A stretch of 64,000 nucleotides of DNA from contig CM120645.1 in assembly GCA_051362555.1 (NCBI GenBank), positions 2,232,001-2,296,000 on the forward strand, read 5' to 3'. Made by a program: the position numbers and the translations under genes. A model generated the notes under the pieces. That model did not search any database and was not told the DNA's origin. It saw only the letters and a list, made by a program, of their open reading frames with translations. Origin of the DNA: Lingula anatina. Taxonomy: Eukaryota > Animalia > Brachiopoda. Below are positions 14,641-34,137 of this stretch, piece after piece (position 1 is the first letter of the stretch; each line of letters opens with the position of its first letter).

Positions 14641-15387
14641 CTATACTACATGTACATCATTGCAATTAGTGCCATGCATCTTACATGGCATCCATATCAA
14701 ATACATTGTTATTGCAATGACTGCACTTGTTTGCCAATTTGTACGCGATAAGGCTTTTCAACTACCATAATAGAAACACAGGTGTGCCCGCTAAAAGACT
14801 TGCTCAAATAAACGAACCAAGGTGGTATAAAGCGGTACAAAGCCGTATACTCCTGTTAAAAAATCCAACTTTGTACTTAAACCCGGTTTTTGACCGGTGT
14901 CAGCGGGTATACCTGTGGCTCTCTCGATTAAAAAGAACTCGGGTGAAAGCAAATTTGAAATAGGGAAATACAAACACTTTGCTAACCTACCACACAGATT
15001 AATGGGAATATAAACAGCGACGAGCTTGAAGTAACAAGCAAGTGATTATCTTAACACACTTATTATACATACGGCTTATGCTCCCAGGTAAAACTCACGC
15101 TTCGGGCACTTTAAAGTTAACGTCCGTCCAGGGATGAATTTTCCTATTTGATCTCAGGGATCAGAATGTCGCTCTTACAAAACTTGTCAAAGCCTAGGTG
15201 ACATCCGATGCGACCATATATAAAAGGCCAGTAAAAATAATACGCGAAAGAATCAGACCTTGATAGGCGGTGCTCCCACATCGCTCTTAAATTCACCGTG
15301 GGGGTCAATGGGCACCAAATATGTTCCTTTAATATTTTTGTAAATGTGCAACCTCAATATCGGGTTTATATTTAGCCCTGGCCATTA

Positions 15388-18300
15388 TAGTCTGGTGGGA
15401 AGGAGGGGTTCACGTGCAACCCCGTGAAAAACAGTGGATACCTATATTTTCTTAACCCTTGATGTCTAAATTTTTGATTTCTAGATGTTCCCAGAGTGAA
15501 AAAATGTCCCATGGGGTTTTAATTTAATGATATGTAACACCCTGTCGCTCAAATAACCGCATTTGAAATAATGGGGGTAGGGGAAGAAAATTATCTATAG
15601 TTTGCAATTTAAATAAGATATAAGAATGGTTTATATATCATTATGTAGGTAAAGGGTTGCTCTAAAAATACAAGTAATAAAAGTTATGTAATACTGAACC
15701 ATGTCTAAGTAAAATGGTGTCAAAGGTCAAATGAGGTCAAATTTGAGAAATTTTCAGAAAAATAAAGCAATAAAGTTTATCTGTATAGAGAATGTGAGCC
15801 AACAACATACTTTTAAGGGTATATTTTATAAATCCCATCTATATTACAAATGTTTAATGGTCATTTGTGACTTAGTTTTACAGTTTGTGAGAATTATGAT
15901 GGATATGATTAACGTATGGGAGTATCAGTTAAATTTCAGATCAGTGGGGGTAGGGGAAGAAAATCACTCATAACTTAAAATTTAAGTAAGATATAACAAT
16001 GATTTATACATCATTGCAAAGCTAAAGGCTAGTTCTAAAATCATAAGTAATAAAAATTATGTAATGCTAAACCATAATGGAGTAAATGGGGTCAAAGGTC
16101 AAATGAGGTCAAATTTGAGAAATTTTCAGGAAAATAAGCCAATATAGTTTACTTATTTAGAGGATTAGAGCCCACAGTACATTTTAGAGTATTTTTTGTA
16201 AGTTCCATCAATTAAGCAAATGCAAAATGATCTATTGGTATTTAATTTTACAGTTTGTGGAAATTTTAATGGATTAGGATTGGATTGATTAACATATGGG
16301 TACTGACACTATCATTTCAATTTCAGAACAATGGGAGTAGGGGAAGAAAATCACCCATAACCTAAAATTTAAGTTATATACAACAATGATTTGTATATCA
16401 TTGCATATCTAAAGCATTGTTCTAAACATTAAAGTAATAAAAGTTATGTAATACTGAACCATCTCAAAGTAAAAGGGGGTCAAATAAGGTCAAATGAGGT
16501 CAAATTTGAGAAATTTTTAGAAAAATAAAGCAATAAAGTTTATCTGTATAGAGAATGTGAGCTAACAATATACTTTCTAGTGTATGTTTGGTAAATCTAT
16601 CTATATGACAATGCTTAATGGTTATTTGCATCTTAATTTAGTTTGTGAGAATTATGATGGATATGATTAGCGTATGGGAATATAAGTTAAACTTCAGATC
16701 AGTGGGGGTATGGAAAGAAAATCAATCATAACTTAAAATTTAAGTAAGATATAACAATGATTCAAATATCATTGCATAGCTAAGGAGTTCTTCTAAACAC
16801 ATAAGTAATTAAAATTATGTAATACTTAACAATTATGGAGTAAATGGGGTCAAAGTTCAAATAAGGTCAAATTTGAGGAATTTTCAGTAAAATAAAGCAA
16901 TAAAGTTTATTTATTTAGAGGGTTAGAGTCCACAGTATGATTTTGGAGTATGTAGTGCAAATCTCATCTTTATAGCAAATGTTTTATAATCTTTTGAGAC
17001 TTAATTGTACATTTTCTGAGATTTATCAATATGGTGGGATGTGTAGTTCAATTGCCAAAAATGGGGGTAGGGGAAAGAAATTCATTAATAGTATAGGATT
17101 TAATTAAGATATGACATTGATTATACATCACTGTGTTGATAAAAGAGAGCTCTAAACATCTAAGCAATAAAAGTTGTGCAACATTGAATCATGGCCGAAT
17201 TAAAAGAGATCAAATGTTAAATAAGGTCAAAATTGAGACATCATCAGGAAAGTTGAATAGAGGTCAAATTTGAGTCATTTTCTGGAAAAAAAACAATAAA
17301 GCTAATTATTTTACATAGAACTTGAACTTAGATTATGTTTCTTTAGGGTAAGTTGTCCGTTTCAATTATTTCATGAGAATTAAGTTTGTTAATTTTAAAA
17401 TGCAATTCTTACAGCAGAGGGGTTCAGCATAATTGCCAAAAATTGGGGGTAGGGAAAAATCTGTTCATAGTAGGGGATTTTAAGTAAGATGTGGCTATGA
17501 TTTATGTATCATTCTGAAGCTGAAGGGTTGTTCAAAATACATCAGAAATAAATGTTATTTAAAATTGAGACATGGTGAGGCTTAATGGGGTGCAAGATCA
17601 AATTAGGTAAATTTGTAGGCATTTCTAGGAATGTAAACCAATACAATTTATATTATTTATACTTGACTTGAACCTAAAATATGTTTTTTAGACACATGTC
17701 CATCCCTATTACAAGGACTTGATGGAATATTTGGATTTTTTTACAATAAGTGAGTACTGCAGATGGGATCAGTTCAATTGCATAAAAAATGGAGACAGGG
17801 AAAGGACACCCATCATAGTAGGGAATTTGATTAAGATTTACCTTAGATATATCACTGTGCAGCCAAAATGTTGCTCATAACATATAAATAACACATTTTA
17901 TGTAAAAGTTAATCATATGTCTTCATAAAATGGGATCAAATGTTAAATGAGGTCAACTATGAGGCATTTGTAAGAAAACAAATAAAAAATATAGCAGTTA
18001 AATTTTACAGAGAGGAATATGATTTGTAGACTAAGATATATCTGGGATAGCATTAGCTATTTTTTTTTTTTTTTTCGCTTAGCCAAATCACCACATTTTT
18101 GTCAATTTGTTACCAAAATGGATATAATTTGGCTAAAACATGTCAAATCAAGCCCTTTTTCTTTAGCCAATTTAAGTCAGTTTTAGCAGTTGGCTAAAAT
18201 GGTGAGTGCTAGCACTACCCCAGTATATATATATATTGGTTAAGTTCATATGTTTTACAATGATTTGATGGGGGTATGTGAGTTTATTTTACAGTAGGTG

Positions 18301-20983
18301 AGATATAAAACCTACTATACAAGCACTGCAGATGGGTTTAATTCAATTGTCGGGAAAAAAAACGGGGGGAGAGGAGAAAAATCCATATCATTTGATATTT
18401 ATTCTTAAAACAAAATATACAGTATACTCCTACATTACTTAAATGCTTAGAGGGACCATTCAGCAACACAATGATATATAAACTATAGTTATATCTTACT
18501 TAATTCCCTTACTATTAATGATTTCCTTCTCCTAGCTGCCCCCATTTGTGGGCAATTGAACTAAGATCCCCCTACAGTACATATACTAATAAGTTGTATC
18601 ATTCATAAATATCAGAAACTCTAAAATAAAGTATTTAAACACCATGAAATTTTTGTACCAAAAATTTAATTTATCAAAGATATCCAAAAATCCAAATTTG
18701 AACTCATGTTCTCTGAATAAAGAAACTTGACTGCTTCATATATGAGACCTCATTTGACAGTTTTCCCCTTTTTACACAGACATCATTCAATTTTACATAA
18801 AATTTGCAATTTAAATGTTTAGAACAACCCTTCAGGTATATTATGATATACAAATCACAGTTATACCTTACTTAGAATACCTCCTATGAGTGATGTCCTT
18901 TCCCTGTCCCCACTTTATGGCAATTTAACTGAACACTTCTAAAGTACTGGTATCAGACATAGATCTAAATGCTGTAAAATGAATTCCCGAAACCCTGTTA
19001 AATAACTAAGATTTAAACTGTATTTACCAATCATACTCTAAGAAAACATTTTCTACGTTCAATATTTCTGCTTAAAGAAAAATTCTATTGGGTGATTTCT
19101 TTTTTTTTTTTTTTTTGAAAATGACTCAGTTTTGACCTTATTGGACCGTTGACCACCTTTAACTCAGCCACGTTTCAATGTTACTTAACTTTTATTATTT
19201 ATTGGATGTTTAGAGCTCTCCTTCAGCAACATAATGATATATAAATCAATGTCATATCTTAATCAAATCCTATACTAAGAATGATTTCCTTCCCCTACCC
19301 CCATTTTTGGCAATTGAACTTAACACCCCCCCCCAACCTTTATTGTATCATTCATTTTGATAAATCTTCCAAAATGTAAAATTAAGTCTCAATAGACCAT
19401 AAAACATTTGCTATATAAATAGGATTTGTACAATTTACTCCAAATATATACTGTGGGCTCTTATCCTCTAAAGGAACAAACTTTATTGGCATGTTTTCCT
19501 GAAATTTTCTTAAATTTGACCTCGTTTGACCTTTGACCCCATTTTACTCCATAATGGTGTAGTATTACATAATTTTATTAATTATGTGTTTAGAGGAACT
19601 TCTTAGCTATGCAATGATATTTGAATCATTGTTATATTTTACTTAAATTTCAAGTTATGATTGATTTTCTTCCCCTACCCCCACTGATCTGAAATTTAAC
19701 GGATACTCCCATATGCTAATCATATCCATCATAATTATCAAAAACTTAAAAATTAAGTTACAAATGACCATTAAGCATTGTCATATAGATAGAATTTACC
19801 AAACATACACTAAAATGTATATTTTTAGCTCACATCTTCTATATAAAAATAATACTTCATTTTTCTGAAATTTCTCAAATTTGACCTTATTTGAACTTTG
19901 ACCCCATTTTACTCCATAATTGTTCAGTATTACATAATTTTTATTACTTTTATGTTTAGAGCAATCATTTGGCTATGCAATGATATACAAATCATTGTTA
20001 TATTTTACTTAAATTTTAGGTTATGGGTGATTTTCTTCCCCTACCCCCATTGATCTGAAATTGAACTGATAGTATCTGTACCCATATGTTAATCATATCT
20101 ATCATAATTTCCACAAACTGTAAAATGAAGTCTCAATAGATCATAAAACATTTTCTATATAAATGGGATTTGCACAACTTACTCCAAATATATACTGTGG
20201 GCTCTAATCCTCTAAATAAGTAAACTATATTGGCTTATTTTCCTGAAATTTCTCAAATTTGACCTCATTTGACCTTTGACCCCATTTACTCCATTATGGT
20301 TTAGCATTACATAATTTTTATTACTTATGATTTTAGAACTAGCCTTTAGCTATGCAATGATATATAAATCATTGTTATATCTTACTTAAATGTCAAGTTA
20401 TGAATGATTTTCTTCCCCTACCCCCACTGATCTGAAATTTAACTGATACTCCCATACGTTAATCATATCCATCATAATTCTCACAAACTGTAAAACTAAG
20501 TCACAAATGACCATTAAACATTTGTAATATAGATGAGATTTATAAAATATACCCTTAAAAGTATGTTGTTGGCTCACATTCTCTATACAGATAAACTTTA
20601 TTGCTTTATTTTTCTGAAAATTTCTCAAATTTGACCTCATTTGACCTTTGACACCATTTTACTTAGACATGGTTCAGTATTACATAACTTTTATTACTTG
20701 TATTTTTAGAGCAACCCTTTACCTACATAATGATATATAAACCATTCTTATATCTTATTTAAATTGCACACTATAGATAATTTTCTTCCCCTACCCCCAT
20801 TATTTCAAATGCGGTTATTTGAGCGACAGGGTGTTACATATCATTAAATTAAAACCCCATGGGACATTTTTTCACTCTGGGAACATCTAGAAATCAAAAA
20901 TTTAGACATCAAGGGTTAAGAAAATATAGGTATCCACTGTTTTTCACGGGGTTGCACGTGAACCCCTCCTTCCCACCAGACTA
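15388..20983. mobile_element. Foldback-type non-autonomous DNA transposon, 5.6 kb, with long modular inverted arms (Academ-like termini)
   Basis: Starts TAGTCTGGTGGGAAGGAGGGG and ends with its exact reverse complement. TTA direct repeat at 15385-15387 and 20984-20986. Near-identical arms run about 15388-16179 and 20193-20983. About seven 360-390-bp units per arm; no transposase ORF. Confidence 0.9.
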
Positions 20984-21783
20984 TTATGTGCGTCGCATGG
21001 GTGTGTTTACTGTGTTACTTTCTCCTTCATTGTTATGGATGTAGAGTGTACCGGTATCTAGGTAAGCGTCACGTGCGCCTAATTAATCCATTTAAACAAT
21101 TAATGTTAAAATAATGAATGAGGTTTTAGTGATTGCAAATGTGGAATGTTTTAGAACTAAGTGACAGGTGGTCACTCGTTTCATGGTTTAATCAAAAATC
21201 ACAAGTTTTCTCTGCATATTGCTGAGTTATAAACATGCTTATACCCCCATCCCTCAACATGTTAGGTAGAAGCCCTCAAACTTACCTCAGATATAACTAC
21301 GTCCTCCTGAAGTATGTGCCAACGCCTTGTGTTTTACGCGTATGGTTTTATTCCTCCTTTTTGTCTTTAACTTGGGCCAGGGATCTGCGGCAATTAAATT
21401 ATATCGGTCTAAATTGTTTGTTGAGAATGATTAAATTGGACTCATGTGTATGTGCAGTATACACGAGCATGTATGTGCTCGTGCAAGTGCGTGCATACTA
21501 CGCGTTGTAGAAAGGGGGGAGCATGTTTACAACTTAAGTAATAAGTCCCGACAGAAATACTGGGACACTTGATTACCATATTAAAGACAAACGCTAAAAT
21601 AACGCCCTTGACATTTACCTTATGGATATTACAACGTTGCTACGCCAGATATTTTTTTCTTATTCTCTTTTATCGACACGCATCCTGGCCCATCACGTTT
21701 AACCAGAGTCAGGTGAAAAATATTCACATCAAGGTGACTCACTTAAATAAACAAGGATTACAATATCTGTAAACATTTCTTAC

Positions 21784-21868
21784 CTGTCTTGACAGAAATG
21801 GTCTTCAATTAGGACCAATGGTCACTGAGGGACAAGGGCAGAATCGGGTCGCGTTCGTGTGGAGCACC
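21784..21868 (-). other. Candidate non-coding internal exon, possibly 5' UTR of the SLC26 gene
   Basis: Minus-strand acceptor ATCTTTTCAG and donor CAG|GTAAGA enclose a GC-richer 85-bp block; another donor-like site lies near 22814. Confidence 0.35.
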
Positions 21869-22332
21869 CTGAAAAGATCTGCTCTGCCGTGTGCTTCTGA
21901 ACTACTGTAACCTTGAAGACATCAATTGCCTTGACGCCTGGAGGGGGGTGGCCTCGTTCCAAACACGTTTTACCCTTAGTTTTGTGAACACCATGCGTTG
22001 CTTGTTTCGCTGTGCTTGTGTGTGTGCTTGCAAATTTATGCAAATGAGCATGCGTGTGTGCGTGTGTTCAATATTGTGCAGGGTTGTGCGCAAAAAGAAA
22101 CTTTTAAACATGTATGCTTAACTTCACTCCCTAATACAAAGGATTTGTCGTTGGAGTAAACAAGACATTAAATAAGAAATTATGTCTTTTTCATGGAAAG
22201 CGCAACCTCCTTCCAGGTTAAATCGATAGCACAATCGCGCGCGTACTTCATTAAAATGCCAACTGAATTTTTTAAGGGTTGTTAAAACTTAAAATAAGTT
22301 CCTTGCCCGTTACAGGTTATTTAACACGCTAC

Positions 22333-22735
22333 TTATTACCCCCAACAACAGAGAAGATTACGTTTTCGTTACCATTTGCATGTGGAGACCCTTAAGCAAA
22401 AAGTAATGAATGGATTTTGATGAAATTTACAGGATGGGTTAATGGCACAAGGAAGAAATGATAAAACTTCGATGATAATGATCCATTCCTGAATTAATAA
22501 GTTAAAAATAAATTTTTCAGTTTAGGTCATAAATGGGCCAGGATTGGCTCAGACATGGACAAGGAAAGAATTAATTAATTTTTCATGATATGTCACAACG
22601 AAGAAATAACAAGATTTTGGTGCTGAATTAATAAATTGATCAAGTAATGGTTAATTATTATATAATTATTTCCTTGGCGTAACGGGGACGCATTTGCCTT
22701 GACGTAGTTTGCGCTCTCTCAGCGCTTTTCTAGTT
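22333..22735 (+). mobile_element. Non-autonomous Helentron/Helitron-like element (HINE/DINE type), degenerate
   Basis: Begins TTATTACCCCC, contains the typical internal TGGATTTTGATGAAATTT, and ends GTTTGCGCTCTCTCAGCGCTTTTCTAGTT (short hairpin plus CTAG in a TT site). Confidence 0.65.
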
Positions 22736-23810
22736 ATACAACGCTTGATGAGATACCATGAATGGTAATTTTTTCAAGCACAGAATACACTTAATCTGCA
22801 GTTATAAACCTTACGTTGGAGGCCTTCTCCGTGAATGACCAAGACGAGAGCAGATTTAGATCTAGACAGCACGTCCCCCTTTTACTGACGCGTTCGACAG
22901 ATGGATTTCCACACAACACGTTCATTTACAAAATATCTTCTAGTTTCATTTTCCTAAAACTCGTTGAACCGCTTTCCCTAATAGTAATAAATGCCACGCT
23001 TAACGTGTTTTAGCTTCATTTCCTTCTTCATCAAGACACTTCCCTAGGACAACAACCAATAATAATAATAATAGCGTAACACATCAGAAAACTTAATTCT
23101 TGCCCTCCTTTTATAAGATTTGCAAAGAAGATATGAAACGCAATATTTCTTTTATCGAAACAGGCATTGCCTTAGGGTGAGTTTTTCTTTCCAATTTAAG
23201 CATGAAAAGAATTCATGTACTATATATGATATTGCGGGTAGCATTAAAGAGTTGTCCGTAATTTAGACTGCAAATAAAAGATTTAACTTTGAAAGAAACG
23301 GTGCATTACAAAAAAAGTATCCAATTTATCTCTCCTTTATTTGTACCAATTGAAGGAGTTTTCAATGGCTAAGTCAAATGATTAAAGTACTGTTTTCTGC
23401 GGAGATGCCTACTGTGGTCTTTTACATTCCTTTTAACTAGATTCTGTGTAAATATTTGCACAAAGAAACGAAAATGTATGCAATGTTATACCGTGCTGAA
23501 CAGATTAAAAACAGAGAAAAATTAGCTTAGGCTTGAGTACAACCACCCCAACCCCAAACGTTGACATTTATTTTTCAGAAACTGCCAAAAAAAAAGGCAT
23601 TTTAGAAAATTGTGTATAAACACCCCGAGTATCTGAGATGACTGACAGCCCATTTCCCTTCCACCTGCGTGCCTCTGCCGTTCAGGAAGTAATTCAGGAA
23701 GCAATAGAGGTGAACCCATAATAGAGCGGGGCAAGCTTTTGGTAGCCTTTGAAATTTAAGGCATTGTCCTCAGATCACAAAGGTCAAATTATTTGTAAAA
23801 TATTTCAATT

Positions 23811-23841
<31 letters not shown>

Positions 23842-24452
23842 TCTATTTTTTTATTATTTTCAAATTTCAAACACTTATTTCTAAGATGGCGATTTTATTT
23901 GCTTTGGCTTCAAAATAATCATTACAAATATGCCAGGTAAAAATTATGTATATTTTCTTCATAACTGAGATTTTATAGTGACGACCTTTTAATAACAAAT
24001 TGTAGAATGATTTTTTATAAATTATAACAAGGCTAAAATGATCGTTTTTACATCATCTTGGATACAGTTCACAATGTTTCCTGTTGTTACACAGTAATCA
24101 CAACTTGCTTATGGCAGAGCAAGAAACAATAGAACACTTTGCCTTTTTCTTCTTAATTTAAATAAGATTTGCACTTGGCCATCCAACCAATAGTTAAATA
24201 CATGATGCCACAAAAAGAAATCTGTTAAATAACAATTAATAATGTCTCTCACAAAAAAAAAGAGAATGTTTATTATGGGCATACCACATGACATAAAACC
24301 ACTTGAGATAAAGAAGTTCAGTTGGAGGTTCACGGAGATCTCGTGAAATCGCGTCGGAATCTTTACATGAAACAAACGCCAGTAAAAAATGTCGACCTAA
24401 ATTTTTGGTCTTATTTTCGTTCGCAAGTTGCGGCAAGCAGTATCTGTCTCCA

Positions 24453-30125
<5,673 letters not shown>

Positions 30126-31970
30126 TTTTCTTGAAAATATGTGGAGGAAAGCTCGTCTGTCGCGATTCCACCGGCATGAACAGGAAGTCTAACTGCGCAT
30201 GTATAAAATTAAGCACAAGGGACAGTTAATTATTCTAGGAATTTCAACAGTAAAATGTGTTAAACCCATATAATCCACTTCATTATTTTATAATCATCCA
30301 ATCAGTCTTTTATAAATATAATTACACTATGTATTTCAGCATGACTTAAGCTGAATATGGAAGTTATCGGAGAGAAAAATAATGATATAATTTATGCTCC
30401 CTAAAATGACCCCATTGCATCAGCCGGCCTCAGCTGTGCATTGTGAGTAATCATGTTCATTTATAGGAAAAGTGTGCATTGCATCAAAAAATGTAATTTG
30501 GAACCTTTCGTAAGATTAAATAAACACAAAAATACACCATTAATAATATGAGTGTGATTTTCCTTTTATAAATTTTGCAGGGTACTTAGTACTGTGGAAA
30601 TATTAGATGACAGCTGGTCCTACATGCTTAGTAGGACCCACCAAACTTTGCTGAGGAGGGGTACTTCAGTAAGATAAGTTGGTGGAAACCATTAAAAAGA
30701 AAAAAATTAATGCAGATAATTATTACTCCACCTTTATCATAGCACAGAGCAAAAAAGTATCAAAGAGTTCTGAGTTACTGGACCAAAATAAGTTAAAATA
30801 AAAACAACAGTTCAATGATTGATAATATATATATTTATTACAAGAACAATATCACAGAATACAATGTATATGACAAGGAGATATATCAAAGACTCTAAAA
30901 AGAGGGGAAAAACAAGTAACACAGCATATAACCAAAGTACGTGTATGTATTTAAATTTTGCTGAGCACCTTCCCACTTAATTCTTATTGACTTTGTTTCG
31001 TAGTCTAAGATGCAGATTATTCATGTGACTACACCCAAAATATATTCACTGTTGTAATTTCACTGATATGCTGAAGTGCATTTGCATAACTTACAAAGTG
31101 AACAATATTATATCTTGATCATGAAGTTACATTTTCTACCTTATATGCATAGTCACATGAACCACCAACTCCTGAGAAAATTCCAATGTGGCAGGTAAAC
31201 TAGGATACCAAGTATGCCTGAGAAAGGTTTGCTTTATCAAAACTCAATAATTCAAAGACGAATACTAAAATACCTTCTTTCAAATAAAAAAATCACCTTT
31301 CTAGGTAAAAATTGCATACAAGACTTCTATTCATGAAATGTTTTTCTCATAAGTATAAATCAGTCTTCTCACGACCAAAATGGACACCGTAAATTATCGA
31401 GCTGAGCCTGCTGTAGGTGGCTAACCTGGCTTTAAGGCTCCACTGTCATACAACGGTTCCAAACTTGGTAGGAGAAAAGAGTGAAATAACAAATGAGACA
31501 TAACTTTAACATCATCAGCTTTTAGTTTCTGGCACGAGGTAAACTGTCTAAGGAGTGCTAGAGTGTTGGTATGCAGCCAAAAAAGAGGAATGGCTTGTGT
31601 TCTTATAAAGACCTCCTATTTCTTTTATGACAGAGCAACAGCTAGGGTTTTAATACATATGGGGAGGAAGTTATCAGACATGGTAAATAATATCACAATT
31701 GAAGGTGAAAAGACTACATGTACTTCAGCAATGACATAGGCTTTGAAAATTCTATACACTTTGATGTTTATATCTCAAACAGCAGCATAGTCTTCATGTT
31801 TTATCACATAAATCAATAAACAAATTTTACAACTATTTCATAAATTAGCCTTAAATAAATAAATAAATATCACAAAAATATAAATCAATAAAATGTGCTG
31901 TTTTCCAGTCAGTCTATTTCCTCCTTCCCTCTGTCCATCCTCTAAGCTGTATCCCCTGTCATCTTTATCG

Positions 31971-32824
31971 TCACCCACTCCTGGTGTTACACTGAGTTTG
32001 GTTGTAAGTGTATGGCTCAGGTGCTATCGGCTGCTTGGGGGAGTCGTAATACCCATTTGCTGTTGGTCCATAAGACCCTGGAAGTAATTACATACTTTTA
32101 AAATACATGTACACGTAATAACAATGCTAATACTGCACTTGTAAAAGACAGTATTAGCAGCACTACAATACAGTCCAACAACACAGGGAAACAGATTATT
32201 CAATTTTTTTTTTTTTTTTTTTTTTACATAGAAATTAATTTCATGGCATATGAGAATAGGGAAGGCTTATTTCATTAAAGGACCCTTGTTTCTAACAAGA
32301 TCTTTTTTATAAGGTTTTCTAACTAATTTTCATGCCAATACCATTTATTTGACCCCTCCCTGAACCCCAATATAACTATCTCCTTCTCTCTCTCTCTGTC
32401 TTTTCATTTTTGTGTCACCGGTCATTGTGATTAGGCCGAAAGATTGTAACTTTCACTTCAAAAAGTATGATCCATAACTTTAAATCAACTTGATGAATCA
32501 AAGCCATTCTCTATTGCTCTGTGATATTGATACTGTGGCCATGTACTTCTTGTGTATAACAGGTGCCAAACTTCTATTTTAAAACTGACATAGCACAGAT
32601 TTACCTAGAGTCAAAGTGGGCCGATACTTATATATAAAAGATAAATTAAATATTCAGTCAAAATGACAATTGTTAAACTGGCCTCTCACCTCCAGAACTT
32701 TTGTCCTCGGCATATTTACTGATGACGCACTGTCTCTGCCCGATGCCTTTCACTTCCTCTGCCTCCTCTCTCTCCTGCTTTGACTTGCAGCTGTGGCGGA
32801 TTTTGTCTGCCACATAGCTGCAAG
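31971..32824 (-). CDS. Last two exons of a small unknown protein; 5' structure unresolved, probably starting near 33730
   Basis: Exon 32690-32824 (135 bp, phase 1-1) and terminal exon 31971-32077 have strong splice sites and join in frame: CSYVADKIRHSCKSKQEREEAEEVKGIGQRQCVISKYAEDKSSGGSYGPTANGYYDSPKQPIAPEPYTYNQTQCNTRSG*. Confidence 0.5.
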
Positions 32825-33961
32825 CTGGAAATACAGGTGAAAGTTTTTGTTATATGTTACCAGTGTGAGTTTGGAACAATTCAATAATAAACATAGATTT
32901 TCTTAATGCAATTTCCTGAAAATTTCAGTAATTTTTCCTGCATCACCATGGCATACCCTATCAAAAAATGTTGAGCAGAGCTACTACCTATGAACCAGTT
33001 ATCGGGGCCTTAATTCTAATTTTCATTATCACGCTTGAAATCTTCAGAAGAAATTAAATTTCTAAAATACCCTGTAGCCTGTAGACTTTTCAATCAAGGA
33101 AGTAAATATGGGACTAAGCAATTGGTTTAGCCATAGGTTTGACCGTTTATACGTCTGTGCTGCGAATAAGTCATATTTCAGTTATTCCTATCTTGAATCT
33201 TTTGGAAGATTTTGGTTTTGTCATTTTGCTGACTCATTACGATGGCTACATCATGAGAGTTTGCTATTTAGAATAACTATTTAGAATTACTCGACTCGAA
33301 TGCAATTCTACCACTTAAAACCAGTTGTGGTGGCGAAATGGAACGCTTAATCGCTCCATTCTTAATCCAACTTTCACCAAAATTCCTACTTACCATTTAT
33401 TATTAATCATACCATCTTTAAACAGTGGACAAGGCCTTGTTAAACAGTATTTTGAAGCAGAATCCACCTTCCTCCTCCCTACGTTTACGCTTTATATTAT
33501 GTAAACACTTTCTCAACCGATAGATGTCACCAATTTCAAGATATGACAAAATATAAAACTTTTAGCTGATTAACAGATCAAGAGTTGACTTTTAAATTTA
33601 ATGGAAAACTAAAACGTTACAAAAATTTTATATAAGATAAGAAATAAAATGAAACACACACTGTGACATACAAAAAAAAACTATTTTAAATCACACGGTG
33701 CAAAATGTAACGTTATCGACTTGCGCCATCTTTCGGCTACCTCCAAAACAAACGCTCTTAGAATATACGTTTCAGCCTGATCATGACGAGACATTGCATG
33801 TATGGAATCCACATTTTCTAAAACTTACATGACCATTTAAGAGACGGATGTACCCAAGTATAGCTAAGATCGTCATTTTTTATGTCTAATTATTGATTAA
33901 ATGTGTATCTAACGTTTAACAGAATAAATTTTTTACATTTTGAACAAAAAAAATGTTTATT

Positions 33962-34137
33962 CGGGGCCGTAGCGATAGTCCGAAGGTTCAATAGTCCGAA
34001 GGTTCATTGGTCCGAATGTTCACTATAGGACCTTCGGACCAATGAACCCTTGATTAAAAAATCGATGAAAATGTTACCACTTTTCGGACCAATGAACCTT
34101 CGGACCAATGAACCTTCGGACTATCGAGACGCCCCCG
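33962..34137. mobile_element. Short MITE with 16-bp subterminal tandem repeats
   Basis: CGGGG...CCCCG ends; GTCCGAAGGTTCA units on the left face inverted TGAACCTTCGGAC units on the right; flanking direct repeat (G)TTTATT(C). Confidence 0.8.

Noticed and set aside
15731-20640. Two identical 80-aa ORFs on opposite strands (15731-15973 and 20398-20640)
   Set aside because: They are a by-product of the inverted arms; the frame is not kept in the other repeat units and no domain is recognisable.
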